Positions 1-10,453 of a stretch of DNA of 64,000 nt are shown one piece after another. Position 1 is the stretch's first letter. Each line of letters begins with the position of its first letter. The DNA lies in contig MU008157.1 in NCBI GenBank assembly GCA_010909165.1, positions 682,001-746,000 of the forward strand. Direction: 5' to 3'. The notes beneath the pieces were generated by a model that saw only the letters and a program-made list of their open reading frames with translations, did no database searches and had not been told where the DNA came from. A program made the translations under genes and the position numbers. The DNA comes from Anthoceros angustus (lineage: Eukaryota > Plantae > Anthocerotophyta).

Positions 1-2041
1 GAAGCCGCTTCCCCATCTCTAGAGCTGGGGTGCCGACACTTGCGCACGCCTGCAGGAGGGATGCAAAAGTCACAGCATCGGGTACAGCAATGCCTTCTTT
101 TTGCATGTCACTGTACAGTAGAAGAGCTTCCTGCCCCATGCCCTGCTGGGAATACCGCGCTATCATGGCATTCCATGTTGCCACATCTTTTTGACCAAGT
201 CTGTCAAATACACTGTAAGCATCCTCTAGACGTCCACACTTCGCATACATGTTCACCAAACTGCTCGCTACAAACACATCAGCTTCAAGTCCGCGTTCTC
301 TTATTAGCGCATGAAGCTGCTTGCCCTCCTCCAAAGCTGGGGTGCCCACACTAGCACATGCCTGCAGGAGGCATACAAATGTGACAGAATTGGGTATGGC
401 AATGCCTTCCTCTTGCATCAAACTGTAGTGTTGCAGGGCTTCCTGCCCCATGCCCTGCTGGGAATATCCTGCAATCAAAGCAGTCCAAGTCACTACATTT
501 TTTTGACTGAGTCCATCAAACACCCTTTGAGCATCTTCCAAGTTGCCACACTTTGCATACATGTTTACCAAACTGCTGGCAACAACCACATCAGCCTGGT
601 GACCTTCTTCTCTTATTTGAGTATGAAGCTGCTTCCCCTTCTCCAATGCAGGGGTCCCCACACTTGCACACGCCTGCAGAAGGCACACAAATGTCACAGA
701 ATCAGGCACAGCTGTCTTATCTTCTAGCATTGCAGTGTAGAGAAGAAGGGCTTCCTGCCCCATGCCCTGCTGTGAATACCCTGTTATCATGGCATTCCAC
801 GTGACCACAGTTTTTTGAACAAGTCCCTCAAACACTCTCTGAGCGTCTTCCAAACTACCGCACTTTGCATACATGTTTACCAAACTGTTGGATACGGACA
901 CATCAGTGTCATGTCTTCGTTCCTTAATTTTGATATGAAGCTCCTTACCCATCCCCAGAGCCGGGGCGCCCACACTTGCACATGCTTGCAGGAGGCAAAC
1001 AAACGTTACAGAATTAGGTACAGCAATGCCTTCCTCTTGCATAGCCCTGTAGAGAGAAAGAGCTTCCTGGCCCATGCCCTGCTGGGAATATCCTGCGATC
1101 AAAGCAGTCCACGTCACAACATTCTTGGAACCAAGTCCGTCAAACACAGTCTGAGCGTCCTCTAGGCTGCCACACTTTGCATACATGTCCACTAAGCAGC
1201 AACAAACGAACGAATCAGGCTCCACACCAGTAGCCAACACATCAGCATGCACCTGCTGCCCAGTTTTCAAGTCCGATCCCCTTGCACAAGCCTGAAGGGC
1301 TGCCACAAAAACATGGCCATCTGGCTTCACACTTGACCTGCGCATCCAATGATACAGCTCTACGGCCTGCTTGTCTTGTCCGTGTTTAACATGCGCAGAA
1401 ATTATGGAAGACCACATGTAGGCGTCTGGTCTGGCAACCGAGGTGAACACATCCATCGCATCTTGCAACCTGCCATGAGACGCATACATTCGAAGGAGGT
1501 GGTTGCACAGGAACGTGTCCGACTGGTACCCCTTTTTCACCGTGAAAGCATGGACGCGGCTACCCAGAACTATGTCCTTCTGGGCTACACACTCCTTCAG
1601 CACAACATACAACAGGGATTCGGAGACACGAGAGTCCGTCTGCACCAGAGTTCCCACGGCCTCCACAGCCTCAGCGAGACGGCCCTGACAACATAGCGTG
1701 CACACCATTTCCGCCGTTACGCCTATTCTGCGAGAGTGAGGATCATCCGGCAAGCTCCAATTGGATTTGAACGCGGCACGACCCATTTCCTTCTCCATCT
1801 CCTTGTCCGAAGCAGCGAGCTGCGCATGCACCCAATTTGGCTTGTGGAAGACTAGCGATCGCTTCCTGTCCATACTTGGTCTGTTATCCCACCGGAGAAA
1901 TGGTCGCCGCAGGAGCTCCTGGCGACCACCCTTGGTGGCGGATCTGCCTCCAGCCAGACATCCTCTTGGACGGGCTGTCTTTGGTGCAAAGGTGTTGCAT
2001 CTCGTGGGTTCACTGCTTGCACACGGTTGCTTGCAGGCCAT
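1..2041 (-). CDS. PLS-class pentatricopeptide repeat protein (PPR-B), runs off the left edge of the window
   Basis: Absent from the ORF track because it has no stop in the window. I translated the minus strand from ATG 2041 (MACKQPCASSEPTRC...AEMVCTLCCQGRLAEAVEAVGTLVQTD...) and found about 5 P-L-S triplets (e.g. LVNMYAKCGSLEDAQRVF, VTWTALIAGYSQQGMGQEAL), with the same frame at both ends. Close paralog of the 2258-6382 gene. The true start may lie further upstream (see findings). Confidence 0.93.
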   Translation of the reverse strand, partial: MACKQPCASSEPTRCNTFAPKTARPRGCLAGGRSATKGGRQELLRRPFLRWDNRPSMDRKRSLVFHKPNWVHAQLAASDKEMEKEMGRAAFKSNWSLPDDPHSRRIGVTAEMVCTLCCQGRLAEAVEAVGTLVQTDSRVSESLLYVVLKECVAQKDIVLGSRVHAFTVKKGYQSDTFLCNHLLRMYASHGRLQDAMDVFTSVARPDAYMWSSIISAHVKHGQDKQAVELYHWMRRSSVKPDGHVFVAALQACARGSDLKTGQQVHADVLATGVEPDSFVCCCLVDMYAKCGSLEDAQTVFDGLGSKNVVTWTALIAGYSQQGMGQEALSLYRAMQEEGIAVPNSVTFVCLLQACASVGAPALGMGKELHIKIKERRHDTDVSVSNSLVNMYAKCGSLEDAQRVFEGLVQKTVVTWNAMITGYSQQGMGQEALLLYTAMLEDKTAVPDSVTFVCLLQACASVGTPALEKGKQLHTQIREEGHQADVVVASSLVNMYAKCGNLEDAQRVFDGLSQKNVVTWTALIAGYSQQGMGQEALQHYSLMQEEGIAIPNSVTFVCLLQACASVGTPALEEGKQLHALIRERGLEADVFVASSLVNMYAKCGRLEDAYSVFDRLGQKDVATWNAMIARYSQQGMGQEALLLYSDMQKEGIAVPDAVTFASLLQACASVGTPALEMGKRL

Positions 2042-2257
2042 CAACGACACATGAGGCTTGGGAGATTCACAGACGGACGTCACCGAGGCAGTATTGACGA
2101 TCCCTGCCACACCACCAACCGATTCCTGCCCTGATCCTCGACTTTGACTGGCATAGCAGAGAAATAGACCTGCAAACAATCTTTGCAATGTGCCAGCATT
2201 CGTCTGAACGACATATCACCTTGAACTCGCCGGGTACCGTCTCAGGCGAGCTCATCC

Positions 2258-5200
2258 TCAAGGAACCTCACCTGGAATGCGATGTGACGGGTTACGCATT
2301 CTGTTATATCTTTCACACAATCTACATCCCGCAGACTTCGCAATAGAGTGCTTTGGGTGCGCTTCGACTTGTTGTGGATAGCCAGCCTGGACAAATGCTG
2401 TTCGTGTCACCGAGATGTCTGCTGGCCATTGGACCTGATCTGGCATATATCCTTCTTTTGTCATACTGGAAATCTTGGTACCACCAACCAGAAAACTATG
2501 CACCAGTCCGTCCATATCTGTCCAACAGCTCTGTCCCGGCTGCTTGAATGCCCTGGTTCTCACTCTCCTTTCCTGCATCTCCTCTGCCTCCTCCCACATC
2601 TGTGTACTGGTGTATATGTTCCACATCAATACATATGCTGCGGCATCTTTCTTGTCTAGCTTCACTGCTTCATCGAAAGCATAGCGGCCCACCTCCACGT
2701 TGCTCCATTCTCGACAAGCACCTAGCAGAGTGTGCCAGATTGCTGCAGTAGGCAATACAGGCATAGTCCTTACAAAAGCTAGTGCTTCTTTGAGTCGGCC
2801 TGCGCGGCCCAGGAGATCCACCATGCAGGTGTAGTGCTCCACCATGGGAGTAATGCCGTACTGTCTGCTCATAGCCTTGAAGTACTCTTTCCCTTTGTCC
2901 ACCAGACCTGAATGACTGCACACTGCTAGCACACTAAGGAATGTGATGCCGACTGGCTGTAATTTATCCTCTGTCATCCTCTGGACCAAGTTGAAGACCA
3001 CTTCACTGTCTCCTTGCGAAGCGTACCCTGCAATTAGTGCACTCCAGGAAACAACGTCTTTTTCAGTCAACACATCAAATACCTGCTGAGAATCAACCAT
3101 GCTTCCAGACTTTCCATACATGTTTATCAAACTGCCAGCTATAAACACATCAGTTTGAAGCCCTTGTTCTACAATCTGCGCATGTAGCTGCCTCCCCAGC
3201 TGCAAAGCTGCCACATTGGCACATGCCTGCAGGAGGCACACAAATGTCACGGAATTGGGTTTAGCCATGTCTTGGTCCTGCATAGTAGCGTAGAGACGAA
3301 GGGCTTCCTGGCCCATGCCCTGCTGAGAGTACCCTGCTATCATTGCATTCCAGATTTCCACATCCTTTTGCCCAAGTCCGTTGAACACAGTGTGAGCATC
3401 TTGTAAGCTGCCACACTTTGCATACATGCTTACCAAACTGTTGGCTACAAAGGGATCAGCTTGAAGTCCTTGTTCTCTAATTTCTGCATGAAGCTGCTTC
3501 CCCTTCGCAAGACCTGGGGTGCCAAGGGATGCACATGCCTGCAAGAGGCATGCAAATGTGACGGAGTCTGGGACAGAGATGCCTTCTTCTTGCATGGCAT
3601 CATGAAGACGAAGCGCTTCCTGGCCCATGCCCTGCTCAGAATATCCTGCTATCATGGCATTCCATGCAGCCACATCTTTGGGATGAAGTCCCTCAAACAC
3701 TCTCTTTGCATCTGTCAAACTGCCACACTTTGCATACATGCTGAGCAAACAGCTGGCTAGAAACATGTCCGTTTCATGTCCTTGTTCTCTAATTTGTGCA
3801 TGCAGCTGCTTCCCCATCTCCAAGGCTGGGGTGCCAACGTTTGCACATGCCTGCAGGAGGCATAAGAATGTCACGGAATCTGGTATAGCCAGGCCTCCAT
3901 CTTGCATTGTTTTGTAGATGCGAAGGGCTTCCTCCCCCCGGTTCTGCTGGGAATACCCTGCTATCATGGCATTCCACGTTATGACATCCTTTTGCTCAAG
4001 TCTGTAAAACACCCTTTCAGCGTCTTCCAAACTACCACACTTTGCGTACATGCTCACAATACTGTTGGCTATAAAAAGATCAGCGTGATGCCCTTTGTCT
4101 CTAATTTGAGCATGAAGCTGCTTCCCCGTCTCCAACGCTGGGTTACCAACACTGGCACATGCCTGCAAGAGGCAAACAAAAGTTACAGAATCAGGTACAA
4201 CCATGCCCTCTGCTATCATCTCTCTGTAGACATGAAGCGCTTCCTGGCCCATGCCCTCCTGGGAATATCCAGCAATTAGGGTAGTCCAGGTCACTACATT
4301 TTTTTCCATAAGTCCGTCAAACACTCTCTGAGCGTCCTCCAGTGAGCCACACTTGGCATACATGTTGACCAGATTGTTGGCTACAAACAGATCAGCTTGG
4401 TGTCCTCGTTCTCTAATTTGTGCATGAAGCTGCTTCCCCACCTCCAAAGCTCGGGTGCCAACGTTTGAAAAAGCCTGCAGTAGGCTAACAAATGTAATTG
4501 AATTGGGTACGGCCAAGCCTTCTTCTTGCATAATGCTATAGAGATCAAGGGCTTCCTGCAACATACCCTGCTGGGAATATCCTGCAATCAGCGCATTCCA
4601 TGTCACAACATCCTTTTGATTGAGTCCATCGAACACCCTCTGGGCGTCCACCACAGAGCCACACTTTGCATACATGTTCACCAAACTGCTAGCTACAAAC
4701 AAATGAGCTTCATGTCCTCGTTCTCTAATCTGTGCATGGAGCTTCTTTCCTATCTCGAAAGCTGGGACGCCTACATTTCCACATGCCTGCAGGAGGCAGA
4801 CAAATGTCACAGAATCAGGTACAGCGATGTTTTCTTCTTGCATTGCACCGTAAAGGCGAAGAGTTTGCTGCCACATGCCCTCCTGGGAATACCCTGCTAT
4901 CAGAGCATTCCACGTTACCACATCTTTCTGACCAAGTCCGTCAAAAACTCTTTGTGCGTCCTCCAAGCTGCCACACTTTGCATACATGTTCACCAAGCTG
5001 TTGGCTACAGATACATCAACTTGATGTCCTTGTTCTCTTATTTGTTTATGAAGCCCCTTGCCCTTCTCCAATGCCGGGGTGCCGACACTTGCACATGCCC
5101 GCAGGAGGCACACAAATGTCACAGAATTAGGTACAGCTATGCCTTGTTCTTGCATGGAACTGTATACACGAAGGGCTTTCTGGCCCATGCCCTGCTGAGC

Positions 5201-6382
5201 GTATCCTGCAATTAGAGCAGTCCATGTTACCACATTCTTTTCACCAAGCCCGTCAAACACTCTGTGGGCATCCTCTAAGCTGCCACACTTTGCATACATA
5301 TTCACCAAACTGCTGGCCACAAACACATCATCTTGATGGCCTTGTTCTTCTATCATCGTATGAAGCTGCTTCCCCTTCTGCAACCCGGTGGGGCCCACAC
5401 TTGCACATGCCTGTAGGAGGCACACAAATGTTGTGGAATTGTGTACAACCATGGCTTCTTCTTGCATAATACTGTACAGACCAAGGGCTTCCTGCCCCAT
5501 GCCCTTCTGGGTATACCCTGCAATGAGGGCAGTCCAAGTCACCACATCTTTCTTACCAAGTCCATCAAACAATTTCTGAGCATGTTCCAAGCTGCCACAC
5601 TTTACGTACATGTCCATCAAACCATTATAGACAAACAGATGGGGCTCAAGACCATTGGCCAACACGTCAGCATGCACCTCCTGCCCAGTTTTCAGGTCCG
5701 ATGCTTTTCCACAAGCCTGAAGGGCTGCAGCAAATACATGGCCATCTGGCTTCACACTTGACCTGCGCATCTGATGATACAGTTGTATGGCCTGCTTGCT
5801 TTGACCATGGTTAACGTGTGCTGAGATTATAGCAGACCACGTGAAGACATCTGGTTTGGCAACCGAGGTGAACACATCCATGGCGTCTGCTAACCTGCCA
5901 AGAGAAGCATACATTCGCAGGATGTGGTTGCACAGGAATGTGTCCGACTGATACCCCGTTTTCACCATGAAAGCATGGACGCGGCCACCCATAACAAGAT
6001 CCTTCTGGACTATACATTTCTTCAGCACAGTGTAAATGAGAGTTTTAGAAATACAACGGTCTGTCTGCACCAAAATTCCCAAAGCCTCGACAGCCTTACT
6101 GAGATGTCCCTGCTGACATAGCTCGATCACAATTTCAGCCGTTACACCCCCTTTGTACCCTTGGTCCTTGTTACGTTGCCTGTCATCCCGCCGCAAGAGC
6201 TCCTGGTGACGACCCAGGGTTGGGGTTGTGGCAAAGGTGATGCACCTAGCAGTTTGACTACTTGCCAAGGGCTGGTTCACTGGAGTAAGGCGAACGGGAT
6301 CTAGTCCTGGAATCCCAGCTCTTAACCCACCACCTTGTCGGGTGTAGGAAAGGTGTCCCCTCGACGGGTCCCAGACAGCCAT
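2258..6382 (-). CDS. PLS-class PPR protein (PPR-A) with about 30 motifs, E1/E2 and a truncated DYW:WW-like C-terminus; organellar RNA-editing factor family
   Basis: Ten S-type motifs (xMYAKCGSLEDAxRVF) alternating with P and L motifs, then P2-L2-S2 (SHSGLVDKG, HYTCMVDLLGRAG), E1/E2 and PGQSCWTDMDGLVHSFLVG. No HxE or DYW end. The track start at 6415 is GTG; the first in-frame ATG is at 6382. Confidence 0.96.
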   Translation of the reverse strand: MAVWDPSRGHLSYTRQGGGLRAGIPGLDPVRLTPVNQPLASSQTARCITFATTPTLGRHQELLRRDDRQRNKDQGYKGGVTAEIVIELCQQGHLSKAVEALGILVQTDRCISKTLIYTVLKKCIVQKDLVMGGRVHAFMVKTGYQSDTFLCNHILRMYASLGRLADAMDVFTSVAKPDVFTWSAIISAHVNHGQSKQAIQLYHQMRRSSVKPDGHVFAAALQACGKASDLKTGQEVHADVLANGLEPHLFVYNGLMDMYVKCGSLEHAQKLFDGLGKKDVVTWTALIAGYTQKGMGQEALGLYSIMQEEAMVVHNSTTFVCLLQACASVGPTGLQKGKQLHTMIEEQGHQDDVFVASSLVNMYAKCGSLEDAHRVFDGLGEKNVVTWTALIAGYAQQGMGQKALRVYSSMQEQGIAVPNSVTFVCLLRACASVGTPALEKGKGLHKQIREQGHQVDVSVANSLVNMYAKCGSLEDAQRVFDGLGQKDVVTWNALIAGYSQEGMWQQTLRLYGAMQEENIAVPDSVTFVCLLQACGNVGVPAFEIGKKLHAQIRERGHEAHLFVASSLVNMYAKCGSVVDAQRVFDGLNQKDVVTWNALIAGYSQQGMLQEALDLYSIMQEEGLAVPNSITFVSLLQAFSNVGTRALEVGKQLHAQIRERGHQADLFVANNLVNMYAKCGSLEDAQRVFDGLMEKNVVTWTTLIAGYSQEGMGQEALHVYREMIAEGMVVPDSVTFVCLLQACASVGNPALETGKQLHAQIRDKGHHADLFIANSIVSMYAKCGSLEDAERVFYRLEQKDVITWNAMIAGYSQQNRGEEALRIYKTMQDGGLAIPDSVTFLCLLQACANVGTPALEMGKQLHAQIREQGHETDMFLASCLLSMYAKCGSLTDAKRVFEGLHPKDVAAWNAMIAGYSEQGMGQEALRLHDAMQEEGISVPDSVTFACLLQACASLGTPGLAKGKQLHAEIREQGLQADPFVANSLVSMYAKCGSLQDAHTVFNGLGQKDVEIWNAMIAGYSQQGMGQEALRLYATMQDQDMAKPNSVTFVCLLQACANVAALQLGRQLHAQIVEQGLQTDVFIAGSLINMYGKSGSMVDSQQVFDVLTEKDVVSWSALIAGYASQGDSEVVFNLVQRMTEDKLQPVGITFLSVLAVCSHSGLVDKGKEYFKAMSRQYGITPMVEHYTCMVDLLGRAGRLKEALAFVRTMPVLPTAAIWHTLLGACREWSNVEVGRYAFDEAVKLDKKDAAAYVLMWNIYTSTQMWEEAEEMQERRVRTRAFKQPGQSCWTDMDGLVHSFLVGGTKISSMTKEGYMPDQVQWPADISVTRTAFVQAGYPQQVEAHPKHSIAKSAGCRLCERYNRMRNPSHRIPGEVP

Positions 6383-6519
6383 AGACCAGCAGACAGGATT
6401 CACAGGGCATGCCACAGCAGGTGTGTTCCCCAGTGCCCACTCGGATTCGGCTTCCTACTCTTTTTCATGTTTTATACTAATTTTTTTGGTGCGCGTCTGT
6501 GAATCAGCTCCCAACACTT

Positions 6520-6935
6520 ACTTGCACATGCCTGCAGGTTGCAACTAGATGTCACAGACTCCGGTAGAGGCATCATCTCTCATTAGCACTGTAATGACAA
6601 GCTCCCTGGCCCATGCTCGCAATAGTTTGCAAACACGTTCACCAAACTGCCGGCTTGCTCTGCCGGAACACATGAGCCAGATGGGCACACCCATGCCCTT
6701 CTTCTTGTATGATAAGGTGCCACACTCTGCATACTTGTCCACTAAGCAATTCCCCTCACACAAGTGGTAATCAACATGTACCTGTCGCTCAGTGTTCAAA
6801 ATCTACCACACGTGATCTGCGCATCCCATGACACACTTGACATAAGGTCTTGCTTGGTGTGTTTACTTTCTATCTGTTTGGCAGCTACTGGAAACACATC
6901 CATTGCGTCATGAACTTGTCTGCCACGAGATGCTC
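6520..6935 (-). pseudogene. Degenerate PPR gene remnant upstream of PPR-A
   Basis: Frameshifted pieces match the PPR-A/B motifs: GRQVHDAMDVF (cf. GRLADAMDVF), LVDKYAECG (cf. LVNMYAKCG), and LQACAS at 6520-6540. Confidence 0.7.
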
Positions 6936-7275
6936 CTCTGGGTAAGGAGATGGATTGTCCTGCCTCCAAATCCAACAGAAGGTTGCAACTTCCGAATGGC
7001 TGGGTTCGGCCCATAATGCCCCATTGTAGGTTGCACTGTCATAAGAGGCAATCAGGGATGCATACTCTCCCTTCCATAGGCTCTTCTGGACGCACCTCTG
7101 CCCGTCCCAGATGATTAAGCGTTTCCATGACTCCAGCATGGACAGAGTTCCATAAGGTCCTCTAGCTGCATAAACAGCTGATACGAGCCAGCATGGTTGG
7201 CGTAGCTCGTTTTCTGTAGAGGCAAGTCCGTCAGTACAGATACGAATTTCCTAATTTCCTAATTTCCAGCCGACT

Positions 7276-10077
7276 ATGGCGACCAGGAGCAGCACCACGC
7301 AGCGACGCGTCACCAAACGAGCCGACCCGGACCCGGATCCGGATCCAGACGCTTCTTCATCCGAACACTCGGGTGCTAAGGAGCGGGCTAAACCTGATCA
7401 GCAAGCAAAGCATTTGGACTGGTCATCTGCCTTTCTCATACTCCTCGTGTCCCGTTACTTCAGCGCCAGGTCCAACTTGATTCACGACTGCGACGAAGTC
7501 TTCAACTACTGGGAGCCCCTTCATTTTTTACTGTTCAAATCTGGTTTCCAGACGTGGGAGTACAGGTTGGTACATGCATCTTTGCTGTGTGTTGCTGGGT
7601 TTGATTTGTGAATTTGAGGCTTGTTGGGTTGCTGAGGGAGTTGGCTGACTCTGGTGGTGCACAGCTCGGAGTTCGCTTTACGGTCACACCTCTATCTGCT
7701 GCTTCATGCTATCGTTGCAGGGCCAGCTTCCTGGTGGTATGGTGGCCATGCTGAAAAGGTGAAGCTCGCTTGGCGTGCTTTCATGTGTTACTGGTGCGAG
7801 AATGTTTGCTGAATGTGCTCCCGAGTCTGAACTTCATGTGCAGGTGCAGGTGTTCTTCGTGGTTCGGTTGGCACTGGGAGCAGTCTCAGCAGCTACAGAG
7901 GCTGCACTCTGTGCAGCTTTATCGAGACGTTATGGAAAAAGGCTGGCCATGTACACGCTTTTGCTCCTTTGTTTCACAACCGGCATGGTCACTGCCAGCA
8001 CTAGTACGTTGCACCTCCTTGCAGCCGTTTGTCCACGAGAGGGCATTTGAATTCTTGTGTACGACATGTAGATCAGACAGGCTTTGTTGTTTGCTTGCAG
8101 CTTTGAGACGTGTGAATCTCACCTTTTATTTCCTCAGGCTTTCTGCCGAGCACTTTCTCTATGTATGGCATCACTCTCGCAGCAGCAGCCGTAGTTGCAA
8201 ACAGACCCTGTGCAGCGGTGGCAATCGCGGCTTTCGGCGTGCTCGTGGGCTGGCCGTTTTCTGCCTTGGCTGCAGCCCCACTTGTTCTGCATTCACTGGC
8301 CACTGGAGATGTCATTAAAGTCTTCTTGGCAGGGCTGGCAACGTCGACCGCAACCCTGGTCAGAGCTGTGCTGATGCCTTGTCTGTTTTCCTCATTCATT
8401 GTCAGTCATAAGGAGCCTGATTTTCTTTTGCAATGGCAGGTTTCATCCCTGCTGGTGGATCGCTTATTTTATGAAAGGTGGACATCCTCGGTGCTGAATC
8501 TTGTGGCCTACAATGTGGTCGGAGGAGGTGGCAGTGCTCTCTATGGGGTGGAGGGGCCTCTGTTCTATCTTCGAAATCTTTTGAACAACTTCAACCTTGC
8601 TCTACTATGTGCACTACTCAGCCCATTTGCCCTCCGGATATCTACACAAGGTGGCCCTGATGTACCAAGATTGAAGTACGGTTGCCTGCACATGTTGCAG
8701 CTCTCAGCGTTTTTGTGGGTGGGATTTATGACACTGCAGGCGCACAAGGAGGAGAGGTATAAATTCAGTGTCCTATTCTGAGAATACTTAAGCATTACGT
8801 AAGATCTGCTTTCTTGGAGGAATCTCCGAGCATGGTCTTTGTCCCAAGAATTAATGCCAAGGCCTCTGACAACCTTACAGGTTTCTGTATCCAGTTTATG
8901 CTTTAATATGTGTAGGTGCGGCGGTGACCATAGAGAGGCTCCCAGATTTCATCCCACAAGCAATTCTAGACTTTGACGACCGCATGGAAATGGTTAGCTC
9001 TTTTGAAGCGTGATGTTGGTTGGAGGTGGGCTATGATAGGGCAGGGCATCAGAGTCTTTTTCCCATCCTTATTTGTATATTGACTTTTGGTTCTCTGATA
9101 CCACTCTTCTCCAGGTCTCAAAGATTTTGCGTCCATTGGCTCTGGCAGCGATAGTTGCACTCTCATATAGCCGAACTGCAGCTCTGCTGAATGGCTACTC
9201 TGCACCGATGGACATCTACCGCAATCTTCCTGCAGAGAAAATGATGTCATCTGTGGTTCCAGGCAATGGTAAGAAGGAAGCAGATGTCTCCCCCTAGCTG
9301 CATTGCCATCTGTAAGTCTTGGCTGTGCGTGGAACAAAGTGCAGGGGCATGCCATTTGGCTTGCCATCAGTCTGCACCTACTTAACAGAGCAGCGTTCTT
9401 GCAGGGACAAGTTTAGTCTGCGTTGGGAGTGAATGGCACAGGTTCCCATCGTCCTTCTTCCTACCGTCTCCGAACTACGAAGTCAGGTGGCTGGACGACG
9501 GCTTCACCGGGCTGCTCCCTCGTCCCTTCGACCCAGCCCAAGGAGGAACTGCTGCAGCACCAAGCTATTTCAACAACAAAAACCAAGCCTCAGCCGGGCA
9601 ATTTGTAAGCCTCCTTCATTCATGGATGAAGCGACGGTTGGAGCACTGTTGGGTCCTGGTCCCACGATTCACTTCTTTGTTCTTCACGATGACTAATGCC
9701 CTGTCCTGTCCTGTCCTGCCCTGCCCTGCCCTGCCCCTTGGCTTACCTTCACAGCTAATTGATGCGGACAAATGCATGTACTTGGTGGAACTTCAACTAG
9801 AGAGACCTGGGATATCATACCGGGGTCAGGATGAGGAGGAATGGCAGGTGGCAGGACGCTCCCCTCTTCATACTCTGCTGGACTACATGACACTGCATTT
9901 CTTGCCTAATTCACGTCCTCATTTTTGCCTTGTCAGGTGGTCGCTGAGAAGGCATTTCTGGACAACGAGCGTTCTGCTCCAACCAGTCGAGCTCTGTTTG
10001 TCCCTTGGTACTGGGAGAAGGTCAATGTTTTTGCCTGGTACAGACTGCTCAAGAAAAGAACCTTCCATGCACACTGA
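7276..10077 (+). CDS. ALG9: Dol-P-Man alpha-1,2-mannosyltransferase (ALG9), multi-exon
   Basis: IHDCDEVFNYWEPLHFL...GFQTWEY, FLPSTFSMY, HKEERF and VCVGSEWHRFPSSFFLP motifs across GT-AG exons; stop TGA at 10075-10077. Confidence 0.93.
9700..9736. repeat. (CCTGY)n pentanucleotide microsatellite in an ALG9 intron
   Basis: cctgtcctgtcctgtcctgccctgccctgccctgccc. Confidence 0.85.
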
Positions 10078-10389
10078 ACACAACAAGCAATATTTAATAA
10101 AGCAGGGTTTATCGGGAAACTGACCTGAATTCGCTGCCCGCCTGGTTAAGCCGAATGTTTGCCACAAAATGTTGAAACGAGCACCCCGTGAGGAAACTTA
10201 CTCTGGTGGGCGACGAGGAAAATTTAGAATCTCTGTGCCACGTCGAGATTCTCGTGAGCTGCGGTAGCTTTAGCGCTGGAAGTTGCTGGCTGGCGATACC
10301 CTTGGATTCAGCTTCGGCTTCGATTCTCCTCCCACCTAATCCGTGAATCTGTAGCGGATGTGTAAATGTTTCGACGAGTCGCACCTGCT

Positions 10390-10434
10390 GGACCTGGAGG
10401 TGTGAATGATCAGGACCTGGAGGTGTGAATGATC
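10390..10434. repeat. 23-bp tandem duplication in a 5' leader
   Basis: ggacctggaggtgtgaatgatca followed by ggacctggaggtgtgaatgatc. Confidence 0.95.
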
Positions 10435-10453
10435 TGCCGGTCTGGAGGCTCCT

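Noticed and set aside
2216-2260. Read-through of the TGA stops between the PPR ORFs by U-to-C editing
   Set aside because: Such editing is known for organellar transcripts, not nuclear mRNA; splicing explains the in-frame arrangement more simply.
40-6121. Many plus-strand ORFs with repeated LLGISCNQ / LCIHV motifs
   Set aside because: They are antisense shadows of the PPR repeats on the minus strand.
6383-6415. ORF-track start of PPR-A at 6415
   Set aside because: The codon is GTG; a nuclear gene more probably starts at ATG 6382.
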